A stretch of DNA of 63,577 nucleotides, filler included, from Octopus bimaculoides (taxonomy: Eukaryota), in NCBI RefSeq assembly GCF_001194135.2. It is 5 parts of 5 records of this genome, joined end to end, with 100 filler letters (N's around TTAATTAATTAA, not from the genome) between each part and the next. Parts side by side here need not be neighbours in the genome. Positions count along the whole stretch, not along the records: positions 21,546 to 51,978 come from NC_068983.1; 4 more parts are not named here. One strand, given 5' to 3'. Shown here in pieces: positions 24,687 through 38,659 of this stretch. A program made the translations under genes and the position numbers. The notes under the pieces were generated by a model. That model searched no databases. It saw only the letters and a program-made list of their open reading frames with translations, and was not told the DNA's origin. Every line of letters starts with the position of its first letter. The stretch's first letter is position 1.

Positions 24687-24994
24687 AGAGTGAGAGAAAT
24701 AGAAAGCCATCAACTTGATGACTTTTTGTATTTCTGTATCTCTTTCATCATAAGTCTGCTCAATCCGGGCTGACTTGGGTCAAAACAACAACAATGGTGT
24801 TTCGCTTAGTGTCGACAGAGTAGAGAGAGAAAAAGACTGTGATCAGTTGAATTGGGTTGACAAGACACTTCTAACTAACAAATGTCATGACTTGTTGGAA
24901 AGATGTTTTCTCTAATGAAAATCTCTATATTATTTGGTTTCTTATCATGGTGCACAACTTACTTTACTTTTGTCCTTTTTTACTGGAGAAAATA

Positions 24995-25862
24995 CTAGGT
25001 CGGATCATAAGTATCCGGACTGTTGTCATAGTAACGAAGCTTAAAGTATGCAGAGTGAAGCCGCTTGGCAAAGATTGACCTTGAACCCTGTTGTGTTTTA
25101 ACGTTCTAACTCACTTCCGCTGTTTACAGCAGTGCTTGGAAGAAAGGTGTGTAGCGTGTGATCGTCGCATTGACCCTGACAGAGAAAGTTGTCAAGGCGA
25201 CACCTGCTCAGAGGTCTGCGCAAAGTTGCAGAAATCGAATGGAGAGAAGTGTATGAGCCGTACACAAGTGTACGAGTGGTTCAGGCCTTTCCAAGATGGC
25301 AGAAAAATGTCGATATTGATGAACGTTCTGGGAGACCTGCAACCAGCAGAACTGAGGAAAACATCGCAGATGTGCATGCAGCTGTGAAGGGAAATCGTCG
25401 AATCACCATCCATGAGTTATCAGAGGATGTGCAGATTAATTAAAGTTCAGTTCAGTCCATTATCACTGAAGATTTGGGAATGAGACGTGTGTCTGCCATG
25501 TTTGTGCCAAAACTGCTTTCAGTTGACCAAAATGACATTCAGGTTTCAGTTGCACAAGATCTTGTGTTCAAAACAATGAAAACTTTTTCAAAACTTTGTG
25601 TAGACCTCTGGGCAGCTATCACCGGGCTTTTGACAAAATTTGATGCAGACTCTCTGCTCAACTTTTCCTGTCAGAGTCAATGCGACGATCACACGCTACA
25701 CACCTTCCTTCCAAGCACTGCTGTAAACAGTGGAAGTGAGCTAGAACGTTAAAACTTAGTGCGCATGCACAACGGAGTTCAAGGTCAATCGGTGCCCAGC
25801 GGATTCATTCTGCATACTTCGTTACTGTGGCAACAGTCCAGATACTTATTGATCAGACCACG
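24995..25862 (+). mobile_element. Mariner-derived element with transposase N-terminal fragment and long inverted ends
   Basis: TA-flanked ends. HTH region SRTQVYEWF..F.DGR...D.ERSGRP and RRVSAMFVPKLL (WVPxxL motif). Frameshifts and a stop; no DDD domain. Confidence 0.9.
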
Positions 25863-26227
25863 TAAGATGTGATGGTCATTGTTAGAACACTTTGATCATA
25901 GGTCTACTTGATTAGAATTGATAAAGGTTAAACAAGGGCAACATCATCTATTTAAGAGGAGACACAGGCACGGTTGTGCAAATGTAAGATCCGCAATGTA
26001 GCCAAGTGATTCTGAGTTAGATCCTACAACGTGGAACATTGGGACAATTGTCTTTTATCGCAGCGTTAGGTTGTCCGATGCTTTGTTAGTAAAACTTGAT
26101 TAATTGGAACTGTGTGGAAACCCCATTGGCTGGACTCTACGTGTAATTCAAAGGCCGGTCTTGCCACATACAGTCACATTGGTTTTCCTTAGGACTTACA
26201 TTATGAAAAAAATATGTTCCAATCGAA

Positions 26228-26617
26228 TTGTTGTTGTTGGCACTCCATCGCTTACGACGTTGAGGGTTCCAGTTGATCCGATCGACGGAACAGCCTGCTC
26301 GTGAAATTAACGTGCAAGTGGCTGAGCACTCCACAGACACGTGTACCCTTAACGTAGTTCTCGGGGATATTCAGCGTGACACAGTGTGACAAGGCTGACC
26401 CTTTGAATTACAGGCACAGCAGAAACAGGAAGTAAGAGTGAGAGAAAGTTGTGGTGAAAGAGTACAGCAAGGTTCGTCACCATCCCCTGTCGGAGCCACG
26501 TGGAGCTTTTAGGTGTTTTCGCTCAATAGACGCTCACAGCGCCCGGTCAGGGAATCGAAACCGCGGTCCTATGACCGCGAGTCCGCTGCCCTAACCACTG
26601 GGCCATTGCGCCTCCAC
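26228..26617 (-). mobile_element. tRNA-derived SINE family B, full-length-like copy
   Basis: Head GTGGAGGCGCAATGGCCCAGTGGTTAGGGCAGCGGACTCGCGGTCATAGGACCGCGGTTTCGATTCCC (A and B boxes), (CAA)n tail. Near-identical copy at 50756-51147. Confidence 0.9.
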
Positions 26618-28861
26618 TCCAATGGAATACACAGTTGCTAATCTGATGAGTAAGCCATTCTGTTGTCGAAGATATAGAAGAAATATAATCGAACCCAAAT
26701 GAGCTTCGTCGTACACACACACACACACACATTCTAACTCACTCACTCACTCACTCACTCACATGCATGTATATGTATGCATTTGTACCTTTCAGTGATA
26801 AACCAGTGCTTTTGGTTAAAAGACTCCTTAGTATTTGTTCTTTCCAAGTTGCCCAAAGATTCCCTTGTAATAACCACAATTGTAAATGCAGTGAACAAGT
26901 GGTTGAAGAGATGCAAAGTTGTAACAGTAAGGATATTGTTCACAAAATGATAACATAAAATTTTAAAACTAAAAGCAATTTTGAAATAAGAGGTCACTTT
27001 CTACTTTAAAACTTTAAAAAATTTAACAATAAAACGGTAATGAAAATGTCCTCTTAGATATAATTATTTTGAACCTTGGGAATTACTTACAACTGATGGT
27101 ATATAACATTCCGCAAATGCCTTCCATTTTCAGCTTTATAGAATCAAAACATTTCTAGGTAGTGCTCCATAAAAGCTTGTAAAGTATACGGCTCCTCTGT
27201 TCTTGTCAAATACTTTTCTTCGGTTCCGGTAGTGTTTACATAAACTCTTTCTTTAAGATAACCCGAAAGGAAAATAATCGGGAGCAGTCAAATTTGAAAT
27301 GGAAAGTGACATTTGCTCCATCCAGTACTTTGTTAATAAGGTCTCCTTTGAAATTTTCATCGTGTTTTTCCTTCTTCATATTTTTAAATATTCTATATTG
27401 TGCCCTTTAAGAGACTTTTACGGCATGTTTGTATTATAAATTTTTAAAGAGATAGATTTGGGAAGCGAGATAATTGAGAAATCCTATAAACACACTCACC
27501 AGTTGTTTGTCTATAGTTCATGGCTCTTTCTCAAAATAATCTACAAAAATATTTTTGTCTAAACCAATCTGTGTTTTGAGAAAGGAAGACAAGTGAACTA
27601 TTGACAAACAACCTGTGAGCGTGTTTATAGGTTTTATAAATTATGTAACTTCCCAAATATAACAATAACGATTTCAACAAACGGTTCCAGATAAAAATCT
27701 GGAAAAGCAAATTCAAAAATTTTAAGTGTTTCTCATCTATGTTTTTACAAAACTTTTTTTCAAACCTCTCATTATATACTTATGATAATGAAGCTCCAAA
27801 TAAATTTGGAATTGCAATCAGATCGGAATTCTTCTGGCACCAAGGATTTCATTAAAAGAAAACAACTTCTGTTGTTTAAATGTACATGATTCAATAAACT
27901 GTCATCCTAAATGTAATAGACCATACACGTTTAATCAACTTTAAGTATCACAGATACGAACTAAAAGGTAAGCCTCCATATGCTCGCTAGATCCACTAGA
28001 AATACCAGCCAAATCTCTCACAGGTCACACCCTAGATAAAAGTATACAAAATTACGAGATAGTTAGGGTCGACTTTGTCTTTCAACCTCCCTGAGTTGAT
28101 CAAATAAAATATCATTTACCTACAGCGGTCGATTTAATCAACTATTCCCTAATCCAAAATGAATGACTTTGTTATATTATATGTTATAACATTATATAGA
28201 TATTTTTTTTTTGGGGGGGGGGGTTGTTTTTTGTTTTTTTGCTAAGGTCGACTTTGCCTTCTATCCTTTCGGAGTCGATAAAATAAGTATTAATTGAGCA
28301 TTAGGGGTAACTGTAATCGACTAAAGTAGTAAGAACTATTTCAGTATATAGATGTTACATAGGATGTGTGTATGCAATGTATTAAGCGGTTAGGTGAGAC
28401 TAAATTTTCTCGAAGAATCCCAAAGAATTATTCCTAACTATGCACTTCTTCTCTCTCTCTCTCTCGCTTTCTCGCTTTCTCTCTCTCACTCACTCTAACC
28501 CTCTCACTCACTCTTCCTTTCTCCCTTTCTCTCTTCCCCCTCTCTCTCTCTCTCTCTCACACGCACACACACACACACACACACATACACACACACACAC
28601 ACACATACTCTTTCCTCGAGACATGCACATTTGCCTATATACATATACTCATAAGACTCCATGAAAACAAGGCAGACACGAAAATTCTTTACCCCTCTAA
28701 TCGCACAAAACTGATCCCATTACGAAAAGTACTTTATTTTTCGTGTCACACCAATTATTAATCGTCACTTCTCCGATTCCATTATTTATTTCAGCTTCCC
28801 TTCTTTTAAACTATGAGATCCGTATTTCTTCTTTGGATACTCTTGAAATGATGAACTTCAT

Positions 28862-28903
28862 TCTACAAAGTTCTGATTCATTTTAGAATCAGAACTTTGT
28901 AGA
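28862..28903. repeat. Perfect 18-bp inverted repeat with 6-nt loop
   Basis: tctacaaagttctgattc-atttta-gaatcagaactttgtaga. Confidence 0.95.
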
Positions 28904-29129
28904 GGGATTTAGGATCTTTTGGAGTTCTGCGTGGTCTTGGAGAGATAATTATAGTATGACGGAGTCAATTAAGATTCTAGAGAATCATTTATAACCTGAG
29001 GACGACACTGATTACCTACTGAAGTTTCTCAAGACGTGTGTCTAACTATCAGTCAATATTTTTTGTGACGTATAACCAATTTGATTTTAAAATTCATTTA
29101 AACCAACCCTAACAAAAAACCTTAACCAT

Positions 29130-31138
29130 GGGATATCTTTCTCGCATATGCTTTATGGAATACAGTCTTAATCTCTTGAGTCTTCCCCAGTAGCTTATAA
29201 GCTGCATAGAGGCTATTTTCTTTGTTTAGCTTCGTTGGATTGCCAGAGGTTCTGCGATTAATTTGACACTGGTTGGTGATCATAGCTGGGAGCAATAGTC
29301 AAAGTGGCTTTGAACGAGTATCCTCCAGAGGACCATCATGGTTTCCCGGTCTCTTGTTCGAAAAGTTCTAAGAATCCATCCGGTCAGCCGCCTGCATTTC
29401 ATTGCCAACTTAGCAACATGCACATGAAAGAATGCATCATTACTCATGTAAATGCCCAGGTCTCGCACTGACTGTGTCTCTGGGATTACAATCCCTCCAG
29501 GTCCAGTGTATTTAATTGGTATTGCATTTAGTTTTGCATGCTGATAGCACAAGGCTTGAAACTTTTCAGCATTAAACTGCATACTATTCTTTTCAGCCCA
29601 CTTGTATATTTCATCCAACTCACATTGCAGGTGCATAGCGTCTTCAGGGTTCTGTATCACCTGTGAGTCTTTTGTATCATCTGCATAACTTGTGATCGTG
29701 GTTCTCTGTGTGGCTGATGGCATGTGAGAGGGCCATTATGAATAGCAGTGGTCCCAAAACAGTGCCTTGCAGAACACCGCTCACTATTTGCATCTCATTG
29801 GCTACTACTAACTGACTTCTATCCTTCAGAAAGTCACGCTGCCATTCTCCTAATTTTCCGACTATGCCGAGATCACGCAGTTTGTGACATATTCCGTGAT
29901 CAACTTTATCGAAAGCCTTTGCAAAGTCGAGATATATCACTTCCACATTTCAGTGGTTGAGCAGCTGTTTCACAAACCATATTGGGTGTCAGTCGGCAAG
30001 TCATTTTCCTCAAGGAAGGTGATTAATTTTCTTCTGATTATTCGTTCCATGACTTTGCTGATGTGCGAGGTCAGAGAGATAGGTCTGTAGTTTTTGGCCT
30101 CTGCTCTGCTACTTCCTGAATGATTAGGGCATATTTTACCCACCTTCAGCTTGCTTGGAAGTTTGTCAGTTGCAAGGAAGCTCTGAAAGAGGGACTGCCG
30201 TAGTCTCGCTAGGACTCGCTTACATGCTTTTAGAAGGGTTGCTGAGAATCCATCAGGGCCAGTAACTGAATTCGGGTTCATTTCATCTATAGCCTTTATT
30301 ACATCGTCTTCTTTTATATTGATGTAGTCAATCAACACTGCCTCTGTTTTTATATCTGCAGCGGTAAAAATGTCAGCTGCATTGCTGACTTGCAAGTACC
30401 CTAGGGGTGGAGTGAAAACGCTTTTGAATTGTTCATTTAATATTTCACTTATCCTCATTGGGTTTCCTGTGAGTGAACCATCTTTTTCGAGGTGTGGCCC
30501 TACCCTGCAGTGCACTGAGGCTGTTTCTTTGGCAAACTTGTAGAAGGCTCTGGGGTTAGATTTTATATTGTATATAGCCCAGGTTTCTTTGTCTGTTCTT
30601 TCTTTTTCATGGGAGAGTTGCAGATGTTTTTCAATCTCCAGCAGTTGTATTTTCAGGCGGGATTCTTCACTACTTTCAATTTCTTTGTTTAGGCGATTTG
30701 AAATTTTTGTACGCCGTTTCATAAGAATTTTCCTCTTTCTATGGATTTAGTTCTTGTGTACAGTGGCCTTTCACTCCAGGACACATATGTAGCATATGGC
30801 TTGCATTACAGGCATGAATTGTTGAAGTTTCATGTTGATGAGAGACATTTAGGTCAGTTTTGTTTGAGGATTTCTCTCTCAATTTGTTTCCAGTTTGCTT
30901 TATGGAAGGTCAAGCTGGAAAAATTTTGAGTTTCTTGTAGGCTGCATGTCCATGGTTTCCTTTGGTCCATACATGGTCAGCTCTGCCATGTTGCAATCCG
31001 GGAATAGCGTCGGGTCACTTTCACGTTATAGATGATATCCATACTATTTGTGAAGCAGAGATCCAGTACGTTTCCTGCCCTGGTTGGTTACAGTACTGTT
31101 TGTTCAATATACAAAGTTTGATGAGGTTCAGGAGGGAC
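29130..31138 (-). mobile_element. CR1/jockey-like LINE ORF2 fragment (end of APE endonuclease plus RT), frameshifted
   Basis: PTRAGNVLDLCFTN, NYRPISLTSHISKVMERI, YLDFAKAFDKVDH, SGVLQGTVLGPLLF and SYADDTK across ORFs 29970..30722, 29677..29946 and 29280..29723. Confidence 0.93.
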
Positions 31139-31152
31139 TTCTCTCTCTCTCT

Positions 31153-31227
<75 letters not shown>

Positions 31228-31430
31228 CCATAAGCGAACAGGTTTAGGGTCTAAAGAAACGCTGTAAAACTAAGCGCTTTATGAACGTGAAACCCGAGGT
31301 AACCCCATAGACCGGCCATATTTATCTCTATCTATATACTCTACTGCTCTATAACTTAGAGTGAGATTCTTTTTCGGATTTAGGATTTACTGACGATATA
31401 TATATATATATGTATGCATGTACATTTATG

Positions 31431-31505
<75 letters not shown>

Positions 31506-31689
31506 TGTGTCTGTGTGTGTGTGTCGAACAAAATGCCCTCGCACCATTTCTTCTGAGTTCAAATTCTGCTAAGGTTGACTTTGCCTTTTATCCTTTCGGA
31601 GTCGATGTGTTTGTTAATCTTTTGGGTCTATGTGATCGTATAACTGCCTCCCACTAAAATTGCCAATCTTGAACCAAAATATGAAACAA

Positions 31690-33390
31690 AAATATTACTA
31701 CTCGGAAAGACGAGCGGACAATGATAAAGACTATCGACACCAAGAAAGACTTGTGGAGGCTGCTGACTTACAATACTCGCCTTTGTAACATGTTGTAACA
31801 GATACCAATGAGAATGCCAGCCCCATGATTGGCCGAGAGTGGGGAGTCGAAAAATCAATCAAACCCAGTTAACACGGAAATGACTTTGGACACGAATATG
31901 GCTATCCATTCGAACAGCGAACGTAGTGCAAACAACTTTCGATGCAATCTTTCCTGTAGGACCTTTGCAACCGAGAGAGGCTTGAAGATACATCAGGAAA
32001 AAGACTTGTAAGAAGAGGACAGAGCAGTAAAACACGTGGCAAATCATACCCGGACTCAAACCGGATTGACAAATGCTACAGCAAAGACCTCTTCCCGACA
32101 GGAAACTACAGGTTGTGAAACTGGTACATCAAGTAGTACTCGGAGGAAACCGAGGGTTCTATGACCTGCTGCTAATGAGAAAGGAAAATATAAAGAGTTT
32201 GAAAACAAGGTATGTCGATCTCTTCATAAAATGACAGGCTCTACAGTGGAGAAACTGGGTAAGTTAACAAGCTCAATATATGATACAGGAAAGGAGCTAT
32301 TTGGAATGAAAGATAGTATCCGATTAACGAAAGGAGAGTGTGGGTCAAGCGGGAGAATCAGGAAAATGAAACAGTTGAGGAAGGAAAAGACCAGCCTAAG
32401 AAAGCGATGGAAATGTGCTGCGGAAGACGAAAAGCCTGGCCTCGCGCTGCTGTACGACGATTTGAAAAGGAAATGCCGTTATGTGCAACGACATATCCGC
32501 CGATATGAGCGACGAAAGGTAAGTAAAAGGACTCGGGGTCATTTTCTGAAGGACCTGTACGGAGTTACTAAGAAGCTGTTCACTGAACCGAAGATTGGTA
32601 CTTTATCGTGAACGAAAGAAGAATGGGACGCTCATATCAAAGAAACCTACAGCGATCTGTATCGTAACCAGCCACTGCCACATTTAAATGGGCTATAGCA
32701 TCTCTTAGAACCTGATATCGAATTTCAAATTGGGGACACCAGGAAGAAAGAGGTGAATGATTTCGTGAGAAAAGCTAGAGCGAAGAGGAAGTGATGGCGT
32801 CTCGTATAAAGTATACAAATGTTGCAATCGTCTGTGAAAGAAGCTCTTTGTTCTACTCTGACAGCTGTGACGCGAAGAGACTCTAGTAGAGGATTGGTGT
32901 AAGGCAGAAGGCATATACCTGCCGAAGGAGGTCAATGCAGAGACTACGAAACAGTTTAGGCTGATATCCTTATTGAATGTGGAAGGCAAGATCTTTATGA
33001 GAATTCTCTCGAGAAGAACAGTGACGTATTTACAGAGCAATGGATACGTTGATGAATCTGTTCAAAAGGCCGGAATCCCTGAGATCCTTGGATGCATTGA
33101 ACATTGTTTTCCGATTTGGAAAGCGATCCAGGATGCCAAGCAGAAAAAGAGAAGTCTAAAGGTGGTATGGCTTGACCTAGCTAATGCATATGGCTCAGTG
33201 CCACACGAATTACTGATAAGAGCCATGGACCACTTCCACATTCCAGACACAGTAACCAAAATAATGAGGATATATTATGACAGTTTCGAGATGAGGTTTA
33301 CAGCTGGTGATTTTACAACAGATTGGCACCGATTGGAGATTGGCAATGCTGCTGGCTGCACAATATCTGTCATGTGGTTTATCTTAATAC
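31690..33390 (+). mobile_element. RLE-type non-LTR retrotransposon (R2/NeSL/Hero-like), 5' part with C2H2-like finger and partial RT, pseudogenised
   Basis: CNLSCRTFATERGLKIHQ, FRLISLLNVEGKIF, QKAGIPEILGCIEH, WLDLANAYGSVPH, GCTISV. Multiple stops; homology ends abruptly at ~33390. Confidence 0.85.
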
Positions 33391-35592
33391 CGTTCCCTTT
33401 AACTGCCCTCTTTGTCCTCTTAACAACTTTCTGTGCTCCACTCCCAATTTGTTCTCACTCAGCAATTTCCTTCTTCAATCAATTCTTCACTATATTATCC
33501 AATGTTTCATATGAATACTGAAACTCAGATATTCTTTGACTTGGATTTTCACATTGATACCAGCCGATAACTTACCCGTGTGTAAATTGTTCGATATCTT
33601 TTTCCCAATTGTTTTCATAGTTGTAAATCCAAAAACACAATTAAGTTCATGTATGTACCTGCAAAAAAGGGAAATATATCTAATTAGAGAAAGAAAACGA
33701 AAAATCAAATGTTGAACTGTGTGCGTACATGCGCGTGCATGCGCGCGTATGCGTGTATGGTTAAACATTTTCTATAGGTCACTTTATGTGTGTGTTTGTG
33801 TGTGCACGCGTGCGTATACAGATTTATTTGTATGCAAACACACATGAACATGTATATATGTGAAGGGGCCCTTTCTTTCTTTGAGGGCAGTCTTCTTCTT
33901 CTTCTTGTGTGTGTTTTGTTATTCTGCTTATCAATTATCGATATAGGGTGAAGTGAGGTAATTGACACAAACACAAGATGTTGATATCTATATAACATCA
34001 TCAGTTTCCAGTGTCAAAATTATTTTTTTTAGTAGAATGTTGTTATACGTCTATCACTGTTATGTATGCACTATGTATGCCTGCGCAAGTGCATGTGTTT
34101 ATGTATGTATGTATGTATGTATGTATGCATGTATGTATGCATGTATGTATGTATTAGGAAAGCATCTAAAGGCAGCAAGCTGGCAGAAACGTTAGCACGC
34201 CGGGCAAAATGCTTAACGCGTCTGCCGTTACGTTCTGAGTTCAAATTCCGCCGAGGTCGACTTTGCCTTTCATCTTTTTGGGGTCGATTAAATAAGTACC
34301 AGTTACGCACTGGGGTCGATATAATCGACTTAATCCGTTTGTCTGTCCTTGTGTGTCCTCTTTGTGTGTAGCTCCTTATGGGTAGTAAAGAAATAAGGAA
34401 AGCATCTGAGAAGATGTAGGTGTGTGTGTGTGAATGTGTGTGTGTGAATGTGTGTGTGTGAATGTGTGTGCTTAATTGTACATATGTATGCATTTATATA
34501 TTTATGTGTCATTTAATGGTAACAGATATCAAGTATAAAGAATGAGGATAAGAGTCGCCGGAACTGGAATTGCCCATAAGACAAAATGATATTTCGGAAA
34601 TATAGAGAACATATTCCAGTATATTATTGCATATATTCTAGATTAAGCTATTATTATGCTATACATGCACACATATGCATTTATATATATTATAGTATGG
34701 CAGTCACTATGTGGTAGCAGCGTGTGGTAGAGTGTGAAGCAGGAAACGTATTTAAAATCAACAAATTCTTTAACTCCGTTCACTCGACTTTACTCAAACA
34801 AACGTTAATAGGACGAGTGACGTCGTATTTCTGGTGCTTTTAATTCACTGAAACATCCTGTACATCATTACCTCTCCCGCCATCGTGACTACTACTTTCA
34901 CTATCTTTACTGTCGCTATTGCTACCATCTCTAGCATGCGCATCAACCCCCATCATGAGGAAAAGGCTAAAAGAAGGGAAAATTCTTAGGTGTTCGACTA
35001 AGTTCACTTTCGAACATCATCGGTTTCCACGGATTTTGAATTTTACCCTGAAGAAGGGAAAAGTTGAGGAAGAGATTATTATGATGAGAGGAGAGAGATG
35101 GCGGGGGATGATGTCAAGTTCATGGTATAATGAAGAGGCTAATAGTTTATGTAAGTATAGCAAATGAGAAGGGGTGTTGTAATCTGAGAGCCTGATGTTG
35201 ATTTTAGCGGGATAGATAGTAGAGATTATGATACAAGACAAGGAATGACGGCATGGCGGCGGACGTACTATATTTACATTTTGTGTTTAGTGAACGAGCT
35301 GATTAGGTGCAGATTCGTGGGTGTTTAGTGTAGTTGATCAATAGCCAAATGGCAAGGTGTAATATAACGGTTGTGTATCTCTATGCTTGTGTACATGTGT
35401 GCTTTTTATCTGCTGTATTTGCGTAAGTATCTGTGTATTGTGTGTATGTTCATGTGTGTTTGTGCGTGTGCTCGTGTGCCTTTATGTGTGCATGGATTTT
35501 GTAAATGCGTGTGTTTGTGTAAGTGTGTATGAATCTGCGTTTTGAGTTTCTGTGTGCGTGGGTGAATGAATTTATGTATTTGTGCGCACGCA

Positions 35593-35626
<34 letters not shown>

Positions 35627-36479
35627 AGTATATGTGTGTGTGTGTGTGTCTGTGTGTGTGTGTAGCTGTCTCTAAATATTTGTATATGCCTATGTATCTT
35701 TGAATGTGTGTCTGTCTGCCATTTTGTACCTGGTCTCTCTGTCATTATGGATGTGTGTCTGTCTGTTGCTATGTATATGTGTTTGTCTCTTATTATGTAT
35801 ATGTGTCTAATTGTAAATGCTTGTCTGTCTGTCTGTCAGTCTGTCTGTCTGTGTGTATGTCTGTATGCGTGTGTACCTGTGCACTCGGAGTTCTTGCAAT
35901 GGGAAGGTAAAGACGCAGACGGAAGGATCAAGAATCTGTCAACATCGTAAGAAACGGCAAATGATGTTTCTGTAGCGGGGGGGGGGGTAAGTATAAGTTG
36001 TATATTTGCATGTATATCTTGGTGTATGTGTAATAGAGAGTATATATTACATATATATACGTACGTGTGTGTGTGTGAACACAAAGTACTTGAAAGGATG
36101 GAAAGACAATTAAGGATTAAGTTTATTTAAACATCTACCTTCACCAATATCAACATCAACCGCTGTTGCACCCTCAGGTACTCATCAACCCCTCGACAAA
36201 TCAATAACGATAAGAAAATGGTGTATTTGATGACCCTGTGACCTCTCTTTCTATCACATTCCATAGCCTACCGTTTCACTGAACTCAAGTTCAAATACTT
36301 CGTCCTTTGTGACCCGCTGGAGGTCAGACACACCTATTATTGATTTTCATTAAGCTGTTTTCTTTGCCTCGCTCTTTTTATTTGAGAATCCTTGTGTGTA
36401 CAGGAGATAGAGTAATGCGCGTTTCTCTCTCTCCTGTCTCTCTTCTCTGTTTTCTGAAGAGTACTTTGATTAGTTTCTT

Positions 36480-36518
<39 letters not shown>

Positions 36519-36584
36519 GCTTTCATTTGATATTCTTTCTATCTTTCTTCCTATCCCTTTCTCTTTCTCTCTCTCACTCCTTCT

Positions 36585-36631
<47 letters not shown>

Positions 36632-36672
36632 GCACACACATACGCACATGCACAGGCACGCACACGCACGCA

Positions 36673-36717
<45 letters not shown>

Positions 36718-38628
36718 TTTCAGTGCATAGTACTTTGAAGTCGCTTTGCATTCTCTCTGCCCATGCCAGCAGGTGTATAGGCGTTGAAAGTGATCAACTG
36801 AAATACTTGGGCACTTGGCCAAGTTATTTTACAAACCTAATGTTGCCTTTACCACTTCCTGGTCAACAGATTTTACCGATGACTGAAAGCGGGATTTGAA
36901 ATTTGAATGCAGGCAGCCAACACCGGTACAGCGTGATATCACATCCAATTCTGCAATACTTTGCCAATCCACCGCCCAAGCACTCCATTTATTATAATGT
37001 CACTTTATCGACTACGAAAGGACGAAAGGCAAAATTAACTTAGGCAGAATTTCAACCCAGAGTGCATGAACAAATACCGAATCTGATATTTCTATATCCA
37101 TAATAAATTAGGCATATATATATTCTTTTGGGCTATCTGGAATTTCTGCCATTGTGCTTTCTTTGGAACGAGCTGGTGCTCATGTTTTATTAGCATCAAA
37201 TATTTCAAGATATTTTGGCTTTAGATGTTGACGCATGTACTAATGTTGAAGTATCTGTAGATGACGTCATCATTTTTGAAACTCACCTTATCGCTCGCAA
37301 ATTGGCAGAGTCGCTAGAGTCTCATGGTATTTGTTCTGACTCTGAGTTCAAATTCTGCTGAGGTCAGCCTTACCTTTCATCTTTTCGGCTCTTTGCGTTC
37401 TGAGTTCAAATCCTGCCGAGGCTAACTTGATTGGTAGACATTAGCTGTCGCCCGGTTTAACACCACTACTTGGTACCTTCAGTAAATTTAACGAAGTTCT
37501 CTCTTGCAAATTTTCGGGACAGGTCTCCAATTTCAGGATACCTTTCTTATTCTCTCCAACCAGACTCGGAAGCCCTGTGAAAAGTAATGAGCATTGTCCA
37601 CTTTCCTGACTAAAAAAAATACAGAAAATTATTTTAACAGAAGTAGTAATTCTCTATCAAATACAAGTAGTGTGCGGCTTCTAATGACTAGAGTATTCTC
37701 GGTTGCTGACTTACTTTAAACATTTGTACAAAATCTTTGACGGAACATCATGTAATTCAGAAGATAAATGGTTAACATGAACGATAATAACGTCATGGTG
37801 TTTCTTGGTTCTTATAAAGGAAGAGCTACTTAGACTTTTACAAATGATATTCAAATTGAGTATTGTCAAACAATTATTCCCATTCCTATCCCCAATCTTA
37901 TGTCAATATATAAATTTTAGAATCAGTTATGTGTAATTAAGCCATTAAATATTTTATTAACCTTTATGGTAATAGTTTATTGCTAAAAATAGGTGTTACA
38001 AACTATTAATACGATTAATGAGTGAATAAGGATTGTTTCTATATTATTTTAACAAACGAATATGCAGCTGAGTAAAATAAATTAGATAAATAGATTTACA
38101 AACACATTGACAAATACGTACGTACGTATNNNNNNNNNNNNNNNNNNNNNNNNNNNNNNNNNNNNNNNNNNNNNNNNNNNNNNNNNNNNNNNNNNNNNNN
38201 NNNNNNNNNNNNNNNNNNNNNNNNNNNNNNNNNNNNNNNNNNNNNNNNNNNNNNNNNNNNNNNNNNNNNNNNNNNNNNNNNNNNNNNNNNNNNNNNNNNN
38301 NNNNNNNNNNNNNNNNNNNNNNNNNNNNNNNNNNNNNNNNNNNNNNNNNNNNNNNNNNNNNNNNNNNNNNNNNNNNNNNNNNNNNNNTAAATATGTTCCC
38401 TTGTGCTAATAAGAAAAAGAATCATATTTACTTTCTAAGAAGCACCGAAGAGTAAAATGTAAACACTTGGTGATGGACTGATCAGGCGACCTGGTATTGA
38501 TTCCAATGTTTACTAATCAACTTCTGGTACTTTGATAACATATTACAGGGAGAGGGGGATCCAGGATTTTTTTTGGGGGGGTGCCCAAAAGTTTCGAAAA
38601 ATAGCAGTACATATTGTAAAGCTGAGTA

Positions 38629-38659
<31 letters not shown>

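Noticed and set aside
26550-26617. tRNA-like sequence (also 51080-51147)
   Set aside because: It is the head of a multi-copy SINE with body and tail, not a tRNA gene.
35130-35150. ATG AAG AGG CTA ATA GTT TAT|gtaagt as the signal-peptide exon of the Notch-ligand-like gene
   Set aside because: The phase fits (0), but 7 codons give only a marginal hydrophobic core and there is no independent support. Left unresolved.
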